The notes below the pieces were generated by a model, which was not told the DNA's origin, made no database searches, and was given only the letters and a program-made list of their open reading frames with translations. Of a stretch of DNA of 64,000 nt, positions 15,401 to 29,748 are shown piece after piece. How positions within the stretch are numbered: position 1 is the first letter of the stretch; each line of letters begins with the position of its first letter. A program made the translations under genes and the position numbers. This stretch comes from Balanoglossus misakiensis (taxonomy: Eukaryota > Animalia > Hemichordata), in contig CM082576.2 in assembly GCA_040954595.2 (NCBI GenBank), positions 10,171,129 through 10,235,128 on the forward strand, written 5' to 3'.

Positions 15401-17553
15401 GGTGGTTTTTCGACAAAAACCATGGGTTATAGCTCATGAAAATCATCCAGAAATGTCAATTTTTCGACTTCGCGAAATTTCAAAATTTGGTGGTTTTTCG
15501 ACTAAAACCATGGGTTATAGCTCATGAAAATCATCCAGAAATGTCAATTTTTCGACTTCGCGAAATTTCAAAATTTGGTGGTTTTTCGACAAAAACCATG
15601 AGTTATAGCTCATGAAAATCATCCAGAAATGTCAATTTTTCGACTTCGCGAAATTTCAAAATTTGGTGGTTTTTTGACAAAAACCATGGGTTATAGCTCA
15701 TGAAAATCATCCAGAAATGTCAATTTTTCGACTTCGCGAAATTTCAAAATTTGGTGGTTTTTCGACAAAAACCATGGGTTATAGCTCATGAAAATCATCC
15801 AGAAATGTCAATTTTTCGACTTTGGGAATTTTCAAAATTTGGTCATTTTTCACAAAAAATCATGGGTTATAGCTCATGAAAATCATCAAAAAATGACAAT
15901 TTTTCGACTCTGGGAATTTTCAAAATTTTCATGAGCTATAACCTATGAAAAATATCCAAAAAAACGACAAAATCACCAAAGTTCACATAGTCAAGAATTT
16001 GTCATTTTTTGACAATTTTCGTGCGCTATAACCCACTAAAGTCACCATGCGTTCGTTTCTAGCACGACTTGTGGGAAATGAAAAAAAAACATAGACAGTA
16101 GTGTCTATGGAAGAACTCACCTTTTTCATTTGGAAGAGAATGTACACATGTAATATTTTATTTTATTTATTTTATTTTATTTACAAGTGCTGAAAATACT
16201 CGAAATTTCAAAATTTGGTGGTTTTTCGACAAAAACCATGGGTTATAGCTCATGAAAATCATCCAGAAATGTCAATTTTTCGACTTCGCGAAATTTCAAA
16301 ATTTGGTGGTTTTTCGACAAAAACCGTGGGTTATAGCTCATGAAAATCATCCAGAAATGTCAATTTTTCGACTTCGCGGAATTTCAAAATTTGGTGGTTT
16401 TTCGACAAAAACCATGGGTTATAGCTCATGAAAATCATCCAGAAATGTCAATTTTTCGACTTCGCGAAATTTCAAAATTTGGTGGTTTTTCGACAAAAAC
16501 CATGGGTTATAGCTCATGAAAATCATCCAGAAATGTCAATTTTTTGACTTCGCGAAATTTCAAAATTTGGTGGTTTTTCGACAAAAACCATGGGTTATAG
16601 CTCATGAAAATCATCCAGAAATGTCAATTTTTCGACTTCGCGAAATTTCAAAATTTGGTGGTTTTTCGACTAAAACCATGGGTTATAGCTCATGAAAATC
16701 ATCCAGAAATGTCAATTTTTCGACTTCGCGAAATTTCAAAATTTGGTGGTTTTTCGACAAAAACCATGAGTTATAGCTCATGAAAATCATCCAGAAATGT
16801 CAATTTTTCGACTTCGCGAAATTTCAAAATTTGGTGGTTTTTTGACAAAAACCATGGGTTATAGCTCATGAAAATCATCCAGAAATGTCAATTTTTCGAC
16901 TTCGCGAAATTTCAAAATTTGGTGGTTTTTCGACAAAAACCATGGATTATAGCTCATGAAAATCATCCAGAAATGTCAATTTTTCGACTTCGCGAAATTT
17001 CAAAATTTGGTGGTTTTTCGACAAAAACCATGGGTTATAGCTCATGAAAATCATCCAGAAATGTCAATTTTTCGACTTCGCGAAATTTCAAAATTTGGTG
17101 GTTTTTCGACAAAAACCATGGGTTATAGCTCATGAAAATCATCCAGAAATGTCAATTTTTCGACTTTGGGAATTTTCAAAATTTGGTCATTTTTCACAAA
17201 AAATCATGGGTTATAGCTCATGAAAATCATCAAAAAATGACAATTTTTCGACTCTGGGAATTTTCAAAATTTTCATGAGCTATAACCTATGAAAAATATC
17301 CAAAAAAACGACAAAATCACCAAAGTTCACATAGTCAAGAATTTGTCATTTTTTGACAATTTTCGTGCGCTATAAGCCACTAAAGTCACCATGCGTTCGT
17401 TTCTAGCACGACTTGTGGGAAATGAAAAAAAAACATAGACAGTAGTGTCTATGGAAGAACTCACCTTTTTCATTTGGAAGAGAATGTACACATGTAATAT
17501 TTTATTTTATTTATTTTATTTTATTTACAAGTGCTGAAAATACTCGAAATTTC
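3480..17553. repeat. ~14 kb tandem array of an 88-bp satellite with higher-order structure
   Basis: Monomer gggttatagctcatgaaaatcatccagaaatgtcaatttttcgacttcgcgaaatttcaaaatttggtggtttttcgacaaaaaccat recurs every 88 bp (e.g. 6551 and 6639). Roughly 150 monomers, with a 166-bp non-satellite block at 10771, 12907, 14779, 16035 and 17379. The left edge is approximate. Confidence 0.97.
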
Positions 17554-18144
17554 GAAAAGTGGGTGATGAGCATCAACTGACAATTTCCTTGATGGGCTCC
17601 TTCCGTGTCAATTAACTCCTTTCTAGTCGTCTGAGCAACTCAGGCTTGGCCTGGCTCCCGATTAAACGTTTTTTCTTCCTCTAATTTATTCATTTCGAGG
17701 ACAAATGATAATTGCCCGGACATTCTCTACGTTTAGTAATTATTTGACCAGTTGATAAAGTGAAGAGCTTTATACGAAAACATTCTCAAAAGTTGTCGTG
17801 CGAGTTCAATACGTTTTATTGTTTGTTACTCAATAGAGCGAGAAAAAATGGAAATTTCAATGTCACATGTTTACAGTTTATGGTACATGTAAGTAATATA
17901 TCTTTCCATAAAATACTAGGCTTCAGGACAAATTTTGAGTGTTCAAAACTACAGATTTGGCCAAACGATAAATACAAACGTGTTCCAGTTTACCTTCGAG
18001 AAAGTTTAAGAAATGTTGACATATGTATACATAATATCTGTTGATATTAAACGAATCTGCATTCTTTTGGTGACGTCACGAGTCCAAAGAATAACAATTG
18101 TCACTTGGTAACCAAGAGATGGTGACGCGCGGTCCATCATGGAT

Positions 18145-18841
18145 TCACTCCGGAAGAGGCATCTTTCTCGAAGGACCGGCTCCAAACTCGTCGGTGTGCA
18201 AAGTTGAAGTTGGCGGGATATACGTGGGTGGTGGCGGCGGTGGAGCCATTCCAGTAGAATAACCGGGGGGTGCCACGTCAAAGCCGCGTGGGTTGTACGC
18301 TGCTTGTTGCAGAGATGGCTGAAGTAACACATTAGTCCGTGGCGATGGTAGTGGGACGACAGGGTGTGTTGGCTGGCTCTCTGGAGAAAATTGAGAACAT
18401 AGATAGAAATCGGAATAGATTACAAGAGAATAAACGTTTAGGTACTTAGCCTACTACACAAGTACAACATATACCGGGCGGCTCGTGATAATTTTAGAAT
18501 GTACCGCTGGTTGACCAAACTGTAACAGAGACAGTCAACGCTCTTTCAGCTACCCTCTCTGTCGATTAAATAATTTATGATGGAATCGTTGTTTCGATTT
18601 TCACTTTATTTGCTGTACTCGCGACATGTTGTACACATCTTCAGACAACGTATAACCAGCCCCACGTTTTCGACAGAAGAAATCGACGTCTATGTTATAG
18701 TATAGACCAACTTACGAATCACATTGGGGGCGTTGTTCCTGGATTGCTGGGAAATGGCGTGGCAGCACACACACGAGATGATCAGAGTCGAGACCAGGAA
18801 GACGACGGTGCCAGAAACTACACAAACTACTATGATCCACC

Positions 18842-18913
<72 letters not shown>

Positions 18914-19431
18914 ATAATATACATCATCGCAAATAACAATGTGGTTGTTACTTTGTTTTGCACTCAACATCGCGCCGAACAATGCGTCGTTACTTTTTTA
19001 TCATATTTCCAATCAACTCGCTTTGGTTAGCAGGGTCTCCACGAAAACTGGGAACAATGTGTGTTTACAAACAACTTGTGCAGTCCTGGCGACATTCTCC
19101 CTTTAAGCAACGAAGAAGGTCATTACCCGTTGTCGGCAACAGCGTCGTCATATTCGGACGATGATTCAGACGATTCTCCGTCGTCGTCAGCGCAGTCGGC
19201 AACCTGATCAAAACCGTAGTCATGGTCACAGCAGAACTTATAGGAACAGCTGCCGCAACAGTACTGGTCAAACCACGAATCCCAATATCCGGGACAGTTG
19301 AAGCCACTCCAGTATGATCCTCCGCTGAAGTAACCGGTGCAGCGCTCACCCTTACAACCTGAGAGAATGGGGACGAACGGAGAGGCAGAGAAATAGATAG
19401 AGAAACAGACAGACACACACACAGACACATA

Positions 19432-19463
<32 letters not shown>

Positions 19464-19902
19464 CGTACACAAACGCACAGACAGATAGTTACGCACTAAG
19501 TCTTGTGAAATTCGGAGTGTATTCAAGATTTGGGGTAAAAAACTACAACTTGGTATGAATTTGCCATAACCATCATTTTGAGGGAAACAAACCAGTTCAA
19601 TCAATGATATATATCATAAAGTAATCGATGTGTTTCTTCACTGTGAATTCAGAAACTGTAAATATTTACAACCGTGACCAACGACGGTCATCCGGCTTGC
19701 TTTCCATCATTGTAGCTCGCCGCAGTAATGGCTAAAATCGAAGACAGTCACACACACGACACAATATCATTAATGATTGCGTACTAAATCCACAAGTAAA
19801 AGAAGTGTGATATGATATGGTATGGTACATGTATATCGTACCTGCAATGGAAAGTATGAACAGAAACGAAAAAGCCAATCCAATCTTCTTCATAAAGCCC
19901 AT
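18145..19902 (-). CDS. Shisa-family single-pass membrane protein, paralog 2 (4 exons)
   Basis: Exons 19902-19842 (MGFMKKIGLAFSFLFILSIA), 19358-19127 (ERC..GFNCP..YCCGSC..FCC..FDQVADC), 18840-18716 (TM WIIVVCVVSGTVVFLVSTLII followed by SCVCC) and 18380-18145 (PPGY, PPTY). GT-AG introns, phases 1,2,1. Confidence 0.9.
18844..18911. repeat. (GA)n microsatellite
   Basis: Perfect GA dinucleotide run abutting the acceptor of Shisa paralog 2 exon 3. Confidence 0.97.
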
Positions 19903-20853
19903 CGTAAACAAGTGACAGCAGTGACGCCCCACCACCAACCAAGATCTCGATGTGGGTCGTACAGCGAAGGAAATGAACTACGCAACAGGTGTGTGGACGA
20001 TCAATTATTTAAGCAAAATCCATTGTTACCCCCCCCCCCTTTTCTCTGGATCTCTCCTTGTCTTGTTGTTGTTCTTTTGGGTTTATCGAACAGGTTGAAT
20101 GTCCTTCGTGAAGTATTAGCGATGATCGGGGACGACACCCCGGGAGGGCGTCGCCGTGGGTATCTATTGTGGCCAACGGCATTTTGGCGAGAGGGTCGTT
20201 TGATATTAAAGCTTCATTTTCCCAAACAGAATTTTTTACAAAGCGTGACTTTCACCTTCGTTATTTAGTTTGACCGCTCGATTGATTAAATCGCCGCGTC
20301 GTCAGTAAGCTAGTGGTGTGGTAATCGATTCTGCCACTTGGTGGCAGGTTTCAAGTTCCCATTCATATCTTGAAAGATCAAATTGACGATTTTCAGTTTT
20401 AACCGAGGGTTGTCAACTGTGCACCAACACTGGTCTCGATTGCGCAAGAAAACGTCTTCAAAGAGAAACTGCACCCACGAGTGAACTTGAAAGGATTTTG
20501 TCGTTTGTTTTTATGACCTTTAATATTTTGGTTTAGTTCTGGAAATTATTTAACAACACTTGCATAATACATTAATACTCAGAAGTCTTGACTGAAATCA
20601 CGAAAATTACTAGTACTTTAAGTCTGCGGTTATATAAGGCCTGGCTGTGAAGACGTGCAATTGCATTGGTTGGCATGGCCGGCTGTCCCCGGACACTACA
20701 CTCCTAACAATGTGGTGGCGCTCTTGCTCTCCGCATGCGCACCACTTTCAGAGCATGATTGTTCAGAGTGAGGGCGCATGAATAAAGGCGCCGTTTACAT
20801 GCTTTATTCTGCAATTTTGGAACTAAAATTAACCACAACTAATTCCTGACAAA

Positions 20854-20879
20854 CAGACAGACAGACAGTCAGTCAGGCG

Positions 20880-20928
<49 letters not shown>
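20854..20928. repeat. (GACA)n microsatellite
   Basis: Interrupted run of acag/gaca tetramers. Confidence 0.9.
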
Positions 20929-20929
<1 letters not shown>

Positions 20930-21520
20930 GAAAGCCAAACGTGTAATCTAATCGAAAAACAAAACAAAAAATATCATTTTCAACTAAGCAAAGCAATTAT
21001 TTATTACATTTGAGAAATCCTACAAATATTATACTACATGTATTATTTAGTATTTACACGAAAAAGCTGCATGTCTATTTACAAATCTGATATGCTACCT
21101 TGTTTTTGTTAGTCTTCCATGCCCTAAAATAACGTATATGGATGTGATTTTTTAGGCTGGAGTTAATTTTTGTCCTTGTCCATTTCTTAAAAAAGCGTTT
21201 AAAATTCCAACCTTGGTATATTTCACAGTGAATATAACACAAAGACTCACGCGCAATTCTAATATATAAAAAACACCAGAAATTATTCCGTAAATATCAA
21301 ACGCATAAGATGGCGATATTTGGATAAAAGGTCGGCACTGTAAATACACGATGCTGTGTAAAAAGATTAATATCGAATAACTGTGTTTGCTGCATGGCCA
21401 TACGTCAATGCTGTAGTCTTGCATGTTTGTTTGTTTGTTTGCTTGCTTGTTTGTGGATTAAGCTTACGTGTTTGATTAAACGCAGAATTTGACACATGCG
21501 CACTGGACGATCGTGACCCT

Positions 21521-24012
<2,492 letters not shown>

Positions 24013-26108
24013 CTTCTTGCTCGTCCGGCGGGATACTGTTTTGTTGACGTCACTTTCTATTGCCACTAATCGATGCAGGACAATGAATAGTTAAAAAAGC
24101 TCCCGTTACCATTGGCGACGCCAAAACACTGCAAAGCCGCGTTGCGTCATCACCATGCCCTCCATCGCCGGCGCGGTCGTTAGTGAACGGCTTCGGCAAG
24201 TCGTCAAACTCGCCATTCTTGCGTGACGGTTTCGCTGAGCGTGGCATTTTTGAAAGAAGCTGCGTTCAATACCTGTCCATAGGGGGGGGGGGCTAATGGA
24301 AACAGCATAGGCCTACAGGTGTCTGTCCGATGAAATGCGACTCACCCAGAAACTGCCTGTTTTCCCCTCGGGACATAGCCCGGTCTGTGGAAAACATGAG
24401 TGAGAGGGACTCGCGAACCAGAGCCCCTTTTCTTTATTTCAAGTTTGTTCATTGTCGGCTGCACTTTTGAAAAAAGGAACCTTACCCTCAAAAGATACGA
24501 CAACCGGTTTCTCAATGGTTTTCTGTAGTATCAGATCATGGTCTAAAATCTTGGACGTTGCTGAGTCAGCACTTTTCTTGCATTCCTCATGATATAGTTT
24601 TCCTATGGAGAAAATATATCACAAAACGAAGCAGAAAAAAAGTGTCGTCAAAATTGGACAAAAAAATGCGAACTTTGCATTCCTCCAACTCCCCACCCCC
24701 ACATCAAATGGGTTACCCCTTATTTTTGTCCTGGTTTAGCAAGTCTAATCAGGCGTGCCCCATCACATTAAGGAGCCCCGATTCCGGCAGATTCGAGGAA
24801 AGGTAAGTAGTAGTACATGCGCAGTTGCTGGATTAAGAAGTCCATACTAAAACGGGAAAACACCTCAGCACATCGACCGTCATATACTATAGCTTTCATT
24901 TTGCGGCTGTATTGTGCACTTGTGCTTTCGCAATGGCGAGGCATGGCCAGATAGATCTCTGTCATCCTTTAAGGCTATGAGTTGAGGACATCTAAAACTA
25001 TCTCTGAGTCAGTCGTCGAAATGCAATTTTTGCCTGTTGTTGTACATTCCTGCTGCCAGATTACAAATTTCTCCAAGTGTTTGATCATAAACCCTGCGAT
25101 AGAGTGAGCAGTCAGCCCCAGCGTCTATGGTTTGGTATGTGCCCTTATGCATGTTATGATCGTTGCAGTGTTGGCAGCTGCATGGGTTGGCTAGACTTTA
25201 CATAACATTACATAACAAATTCTAAACACGCAAGCCGTGTATTATTTTTCAGGGCCGATCTCGTAGTTTTGAGTCTTGGGAGTCCGTCGTGTTTCATGTT
25301 GTTTGTGGAATCCATCAGGAGCTGTTAAACTTGTGGGCATCATTTTCTTTGAAAGCTGAGTTCTGTGTGGAAGTTTTAGTTTCGGAATGGTCAGACTGAA
25401 TTTCGTTCAGCGCCTCTCAGTGCCCAGGGCATTACTGCTACACGTATCTCCATCTGGTCTGATGGAAAACGTACGTGGTCCGACGAAATAAATTAACCCT
25501 GCTCTCGAGCAAACGTATTTGAGATATATTACTAAAAGGTATGCCTTGATTTTATGAACACTGTATATGTCATATAGTAGGCTGTCCTTAGAATTAATAA
25601 AAACTCTGATTACTCTAATTTTCTAAATTAGCTGATCTCCCATAACTGTGCATAAAACGTCATGTTAATTGTTTCTGATTAGCCTCCTGAGAACGGAGGG
25701 GTGTCTCACTGTTTGCGAACTTTGTCCTCAGGGAAATCCATTTTGCATTTTCTCTCATAGGGGGGGGGGGGGTCAGCGTCCTTTTTGACGTGAAAGTTAT
25801 GTTGACTGGCACCAGACCAGTCTCGCAGAAATGTATGAAGAGCTCCCGGGTGAAAATGTATTTTATTTGGGTCACGGCCAGTGACCCAACCGTTCAGCCG
25901 TTGAGTGCAAAATACGCAAATAGCCATCCAGGCAGCTGACAAAGAGATCAAAGTTCGCACTGTGTTCGTTATCTCACACTGACTGTTAATACAATTATCA
26001 TGACATATCAGGCTGGGCCGCACACTGGTAAAAGTAACTGCTGAGGTGGGAAGCACTCTGCAAGGTCTCCATTGTACATACATACACTCACACACTCACA
26101 CAGATCAG

Positions 26109-29100
26109 ATGGCACTCACGGGCAAAGTCGTGCTGATCACCGGAGCGGCAGACGGCATCGGCAGGAGCCTCACCGAGGAGTTTCTCACGATTGGCGCCAA
26201 GGTATAGTACAAATGTGCATGCAATGTCCCGTTTGCAAGATTTCACAATTTTGTGCAACAAATCTTTTACTAAGGATACCTCCACGACTACATTACCCTC
26301 CTTGCTTGCTGCGAGTTCGTAGCCCATCTGTAGGTTGTTGGGAAGAGGGGCTTGGAACTCGCAGCAACCTCCTCGCTTGCTTGCTTGCTTCCATTTTATT
26401 CTACGTTGTAGCCGGCGTGGCATGTCTCATGAACGTCAATTCTTAGAACTGCTGTTGTCTGTCAAAACACGGTCACTCCGTGATCACGAGTACGGTTCAC
26501 GATTTTTCGGGTACGGTTCAATACACTCCACCGTCCACTACAAAATGCCACTGGAAGACATGAACGTAATGCAATTGCTGTATCCGGCCGCGAGTGAAAC
26601 TATAAAATATTGTTCAGGTCTCCTTCCTCATATCCTCATGTCACCTCTTTTTTTTTAGTCACCGCATCATTCCCCGCCCCGCCTACCGATTATAACTTCA
26701 TAAGACTTCTGTCAGTGGACACACTCCCACACAAAGGGCTAAGTGAGAGTATGTCGAGAGTGTTCTGCAATGTCTTCGTTGCCTGCTGCGCGGAGCATTG
26801 TGACCCCAGTGGCACTCTGCCATAGCTGCACAAGGGACATTTGATAACCTGTATTTCTAAAGTTGTTTCTCGTAAATGTTCAGGTTTGCATAGTTGACAT
26901 CAACGAAAATACCGGGCAGGAAGCTGTCAAAAAGCTGACTGAACAATTTGGCGCCGGCAGAGTGTGTTTTTCGAAGTGCGATGTGACGTCCAAGGAACAA
27001 TTGGAAGGTAAGAGACACGGCCGTTTTTACCGATGACTGGCAATTTATGGAAACACAGCCTTTTCAAAACTTCCTATGCGAGAACCAGATATTCAACATT
27101 GCCCCCTTTGGCGATTGCAGGAACAAATTTGGTGTACATGCGCGAAACGAAAGGTGGTGGTCAGGTCACATATTTCAAACACAGTGAGCGAAAATGAAAA
27201 GGGGCGTTTGAAGACTGCAATTATATAACATCTGTGGCTTTGGTTATAGCTCAGTTTTTTGGCTGCGATTAGAAGCTCAAAGTTGTATGTTTGTGCAACC
27301 GATCGTGTGACTACTTCACAAGGACAGGCAGATAGCACGCTGATATATTCAAGTATATTAACATCTGAACTCCATTTTCCCATAGAGTGCAGCAGTCATT
27401 TTGAAGTTTCATTTTTGTAAACTTGTGCCAGGTTATAATATTTCAAAAAGGAAAATCTGCAAGGTGCTTTTGCAGCGAACTTTCCCAGACGGTAGATCTT
27501 ATCGTATTTCAAACACAGTGAGCGAAAATGAAAAGGGGCGTTTGAAGACTGCAATTATATAACATCTGTGGCTTTGGTTATAGCTCAGTTTTTTGGCTGC
27601 GATTAGAAGCTCAAAGTTGTATGTTTGTGCAACCGATCGTGTGACTACTTCACAAGGACAGGCAGATAGCACGCTGATATATTCAAGTATATTAACATCT
27701 GAACTCCATTTTCCCATAGAGTGCAGCAGTCATTTTGAAGTTTCATTTTTGTAAACTTGTGCCAGGTTATAATATTTCAAAAAGGAAAATCTGCAAGGTG
27801 CTTTTGCAGCGAACTTTCCCAGACGGTAGATCTTATCGACTGATAATTTTGAAATCTTATCACTGATGTGTGCACGTAACTGCCTGAAACATTCACCTCC
27901 GCTGCTAAGATTCAAATAAAAGACATGTTTGTAAGTCAACCAGCCTGTCATTTCATGCCAAAGTATTATAATTTAAGAGGCATTCACTCTTTGAAACAAA
28001 TCGCGTGATTTGTGGCCCCATTGTGGTTGCATGTGCCACGTTTGCACGCACGACTCTTTCTCGACATCCATCAATGCATTGACAGTCATGGTTGGGGTAG
28101 GGTGGGGTGGGATGGGGTACCTAGCAGGCACTTATGCAGGTAACCTGAGCATTTTATCATAAAACGTATTATTGTCACATATGACAGCTTTACAGCGGTT
28201 TTTTGTCTGCTTGTATTTCAGCTGCGTTTAAATGCTGCGTCGACACATTTGGGCAGTTGGACGTGGTCTGCAACAATGCTGGTATTTTGAATGAATTCAA
28301 GTGGCAACTTATGTTAGCAATAAACTTGGTAAGGCGGGAATTAAAAATTAATAATATCTAACCAATTGATTGATTTACTGATAGATAGATAGAGAAATTG
28401 ATCGATTAACATCAGTAATACCTTCTTAGTCTAAATTTTAGCAAGATTTTTCTCTGATATAGTGATAATTCTATATTTTGATATTTCTGCATCTACAGAA
28501 TGCCGTCATTGAAGGCACTTATTTGGCCGTGAAGTACATGGGAACCCAAAATGGCGGGAAAGGTGGTGTCGTCGTCAATACGTCATCTGTGGTGGGTGAG
28601 TAACCGTTACCAAGTGGTTAAATGTTTTCGTTCATTTCACCAATTCAAAATCAAGAATTGACTACACATATTTATTTATTCGTTTATTTATTATATATTT
28701 TCCTTTAAGGTCTGATACCACGTGATCTAATTCCTGTATACACTGCAAGTAAACACGGTGTCGTTGGTTTCACAAGGAGTGTTGCTGTAAGTCTTTGGTG
28801 TTGTGAAGGTGCCGGTCACGAGATTTAAGATTCGTCGCTTCGGGGCGCCCTCGAGCGACCAATCTTTCGATGCGGCCGGCACTTTCATGAATTTATCACT
28901 GGGTGTATTTATATGGGCTTTCATGGACCGTCAAGAATGCTAATTTGCACATACGCTCATGTGTTAACACAGTGAGAGAGTAGTACATTCTACCGTGAAT
29001 AATAAACATGCGTGACCCAGTGCCATTCTTTCGTTTTTTTCTTGACCAGTTTGCTTGGTTCGACATCACTATAAAAAATATAGTGTTTTGAATTAATTCT

Positions 29101-29748
29101 CTGAACAGATTGAAGGGACAAAAACACACTGGTAAGCTCAATTTGATTAATCGAACAAAATTATATCGGTTGTCTATGTTGTCTATCGTTTGTACAGTAT
29201 GAACCGATGCTACTGGACAACGGTATACGTGTTGTGGCCATCTGCCCCATGGCAGTGGAGACATCCTTCATGCCGGTGGGAATCGAGAAGGGAATGCGCT
29301 ATACAGAGCAGTTCAAGAAAGGACAAGCAGAAAGAAATCTTCCATACGTTAAGTGAGTGAACGTTTCTTTGTGAATGATACCAATTTCAACTGTTGTTGA
29401 CTATGAATTGCATTTTCTCATTGATAACCAAACTCATAATATCCCAGAACGCCAATCTTTGCGGACAATCTTCATGCAATATCTCAAAACCGGAAGTATT
29501 TACGCTAGAATTGGAAAAGTAAGCCTGTTTTAGTTTAGAATCTTACACTTTTCCTACGTATTTGTTATACCTAATAAATAAATGAATGCAAATTAAATCG
29601 CATATTGTTTGAACGTTATTTCCCTAGATTGAGTGAAGTGACATCTACAATAATAGCCTTGGTCAAGGACAGCAGTTCGAATGGAACAGCCAATGTCATT
29701 GAGCCAGGAAAGGGATTCCGAAACGTTCCACCGCCCAAGTTGGAATAG
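26109..29748 (+). CDS. HPGD: 15-hydroxyprostaglandin dehydrogenase-like classical SDR, 257 aa, 7 exons
   Basis: Exons 26109-26201, 26884-27007, 28222-28328, 28499-28595, 28710-28786, 29198-29352 and 29628-29748 join in frame (774 nt). Motifs: TGAADGIG, acidic VD after beta-2 (NAD preference), CDVT, NNAG, NGGKGGVVVNTSS and catalytic YTASK. AATAAA near 29926. The symbol indicates family, not proven orthology. Confidence 0.9.
27171..27838. repeat. Tandem duplication of 334 bp in HPGD intron 2
   Basis: 27171-27504 and 27505-27838 both run tatttcaaacacagtgagcg...ggtagatcttatcg and appear identical; the ORF track shows the same peptide twice. Confidence 0.95.

Noticed and set aside
3360-17460. Calling the whole array a Helitron/Helentron element
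   Set aside because: Hairpins exist near both ends (~3409-3426 and 17434-17453), but I could not find convincing subterminal inverted repeats, a correctly placed CTRR end or a target site; kept only as a hypothesis.
3480-17553. CRISPR-like or coding interpretation of the repeat array (ORFs 3929..4195, 5332..5598)
   Set aside because: Units are contiguous with no unique spacers, the interrupting blocks are copies of one sequence, 88 is not a multiple of 3, and the context is eukaryotic.
27242-27253. 12-mer ggttatagctca shared between the HPGD intron duplication and the satellite monomer
   Set aside because: Similarity does not extend beyond 12 bp; compatible with chance.
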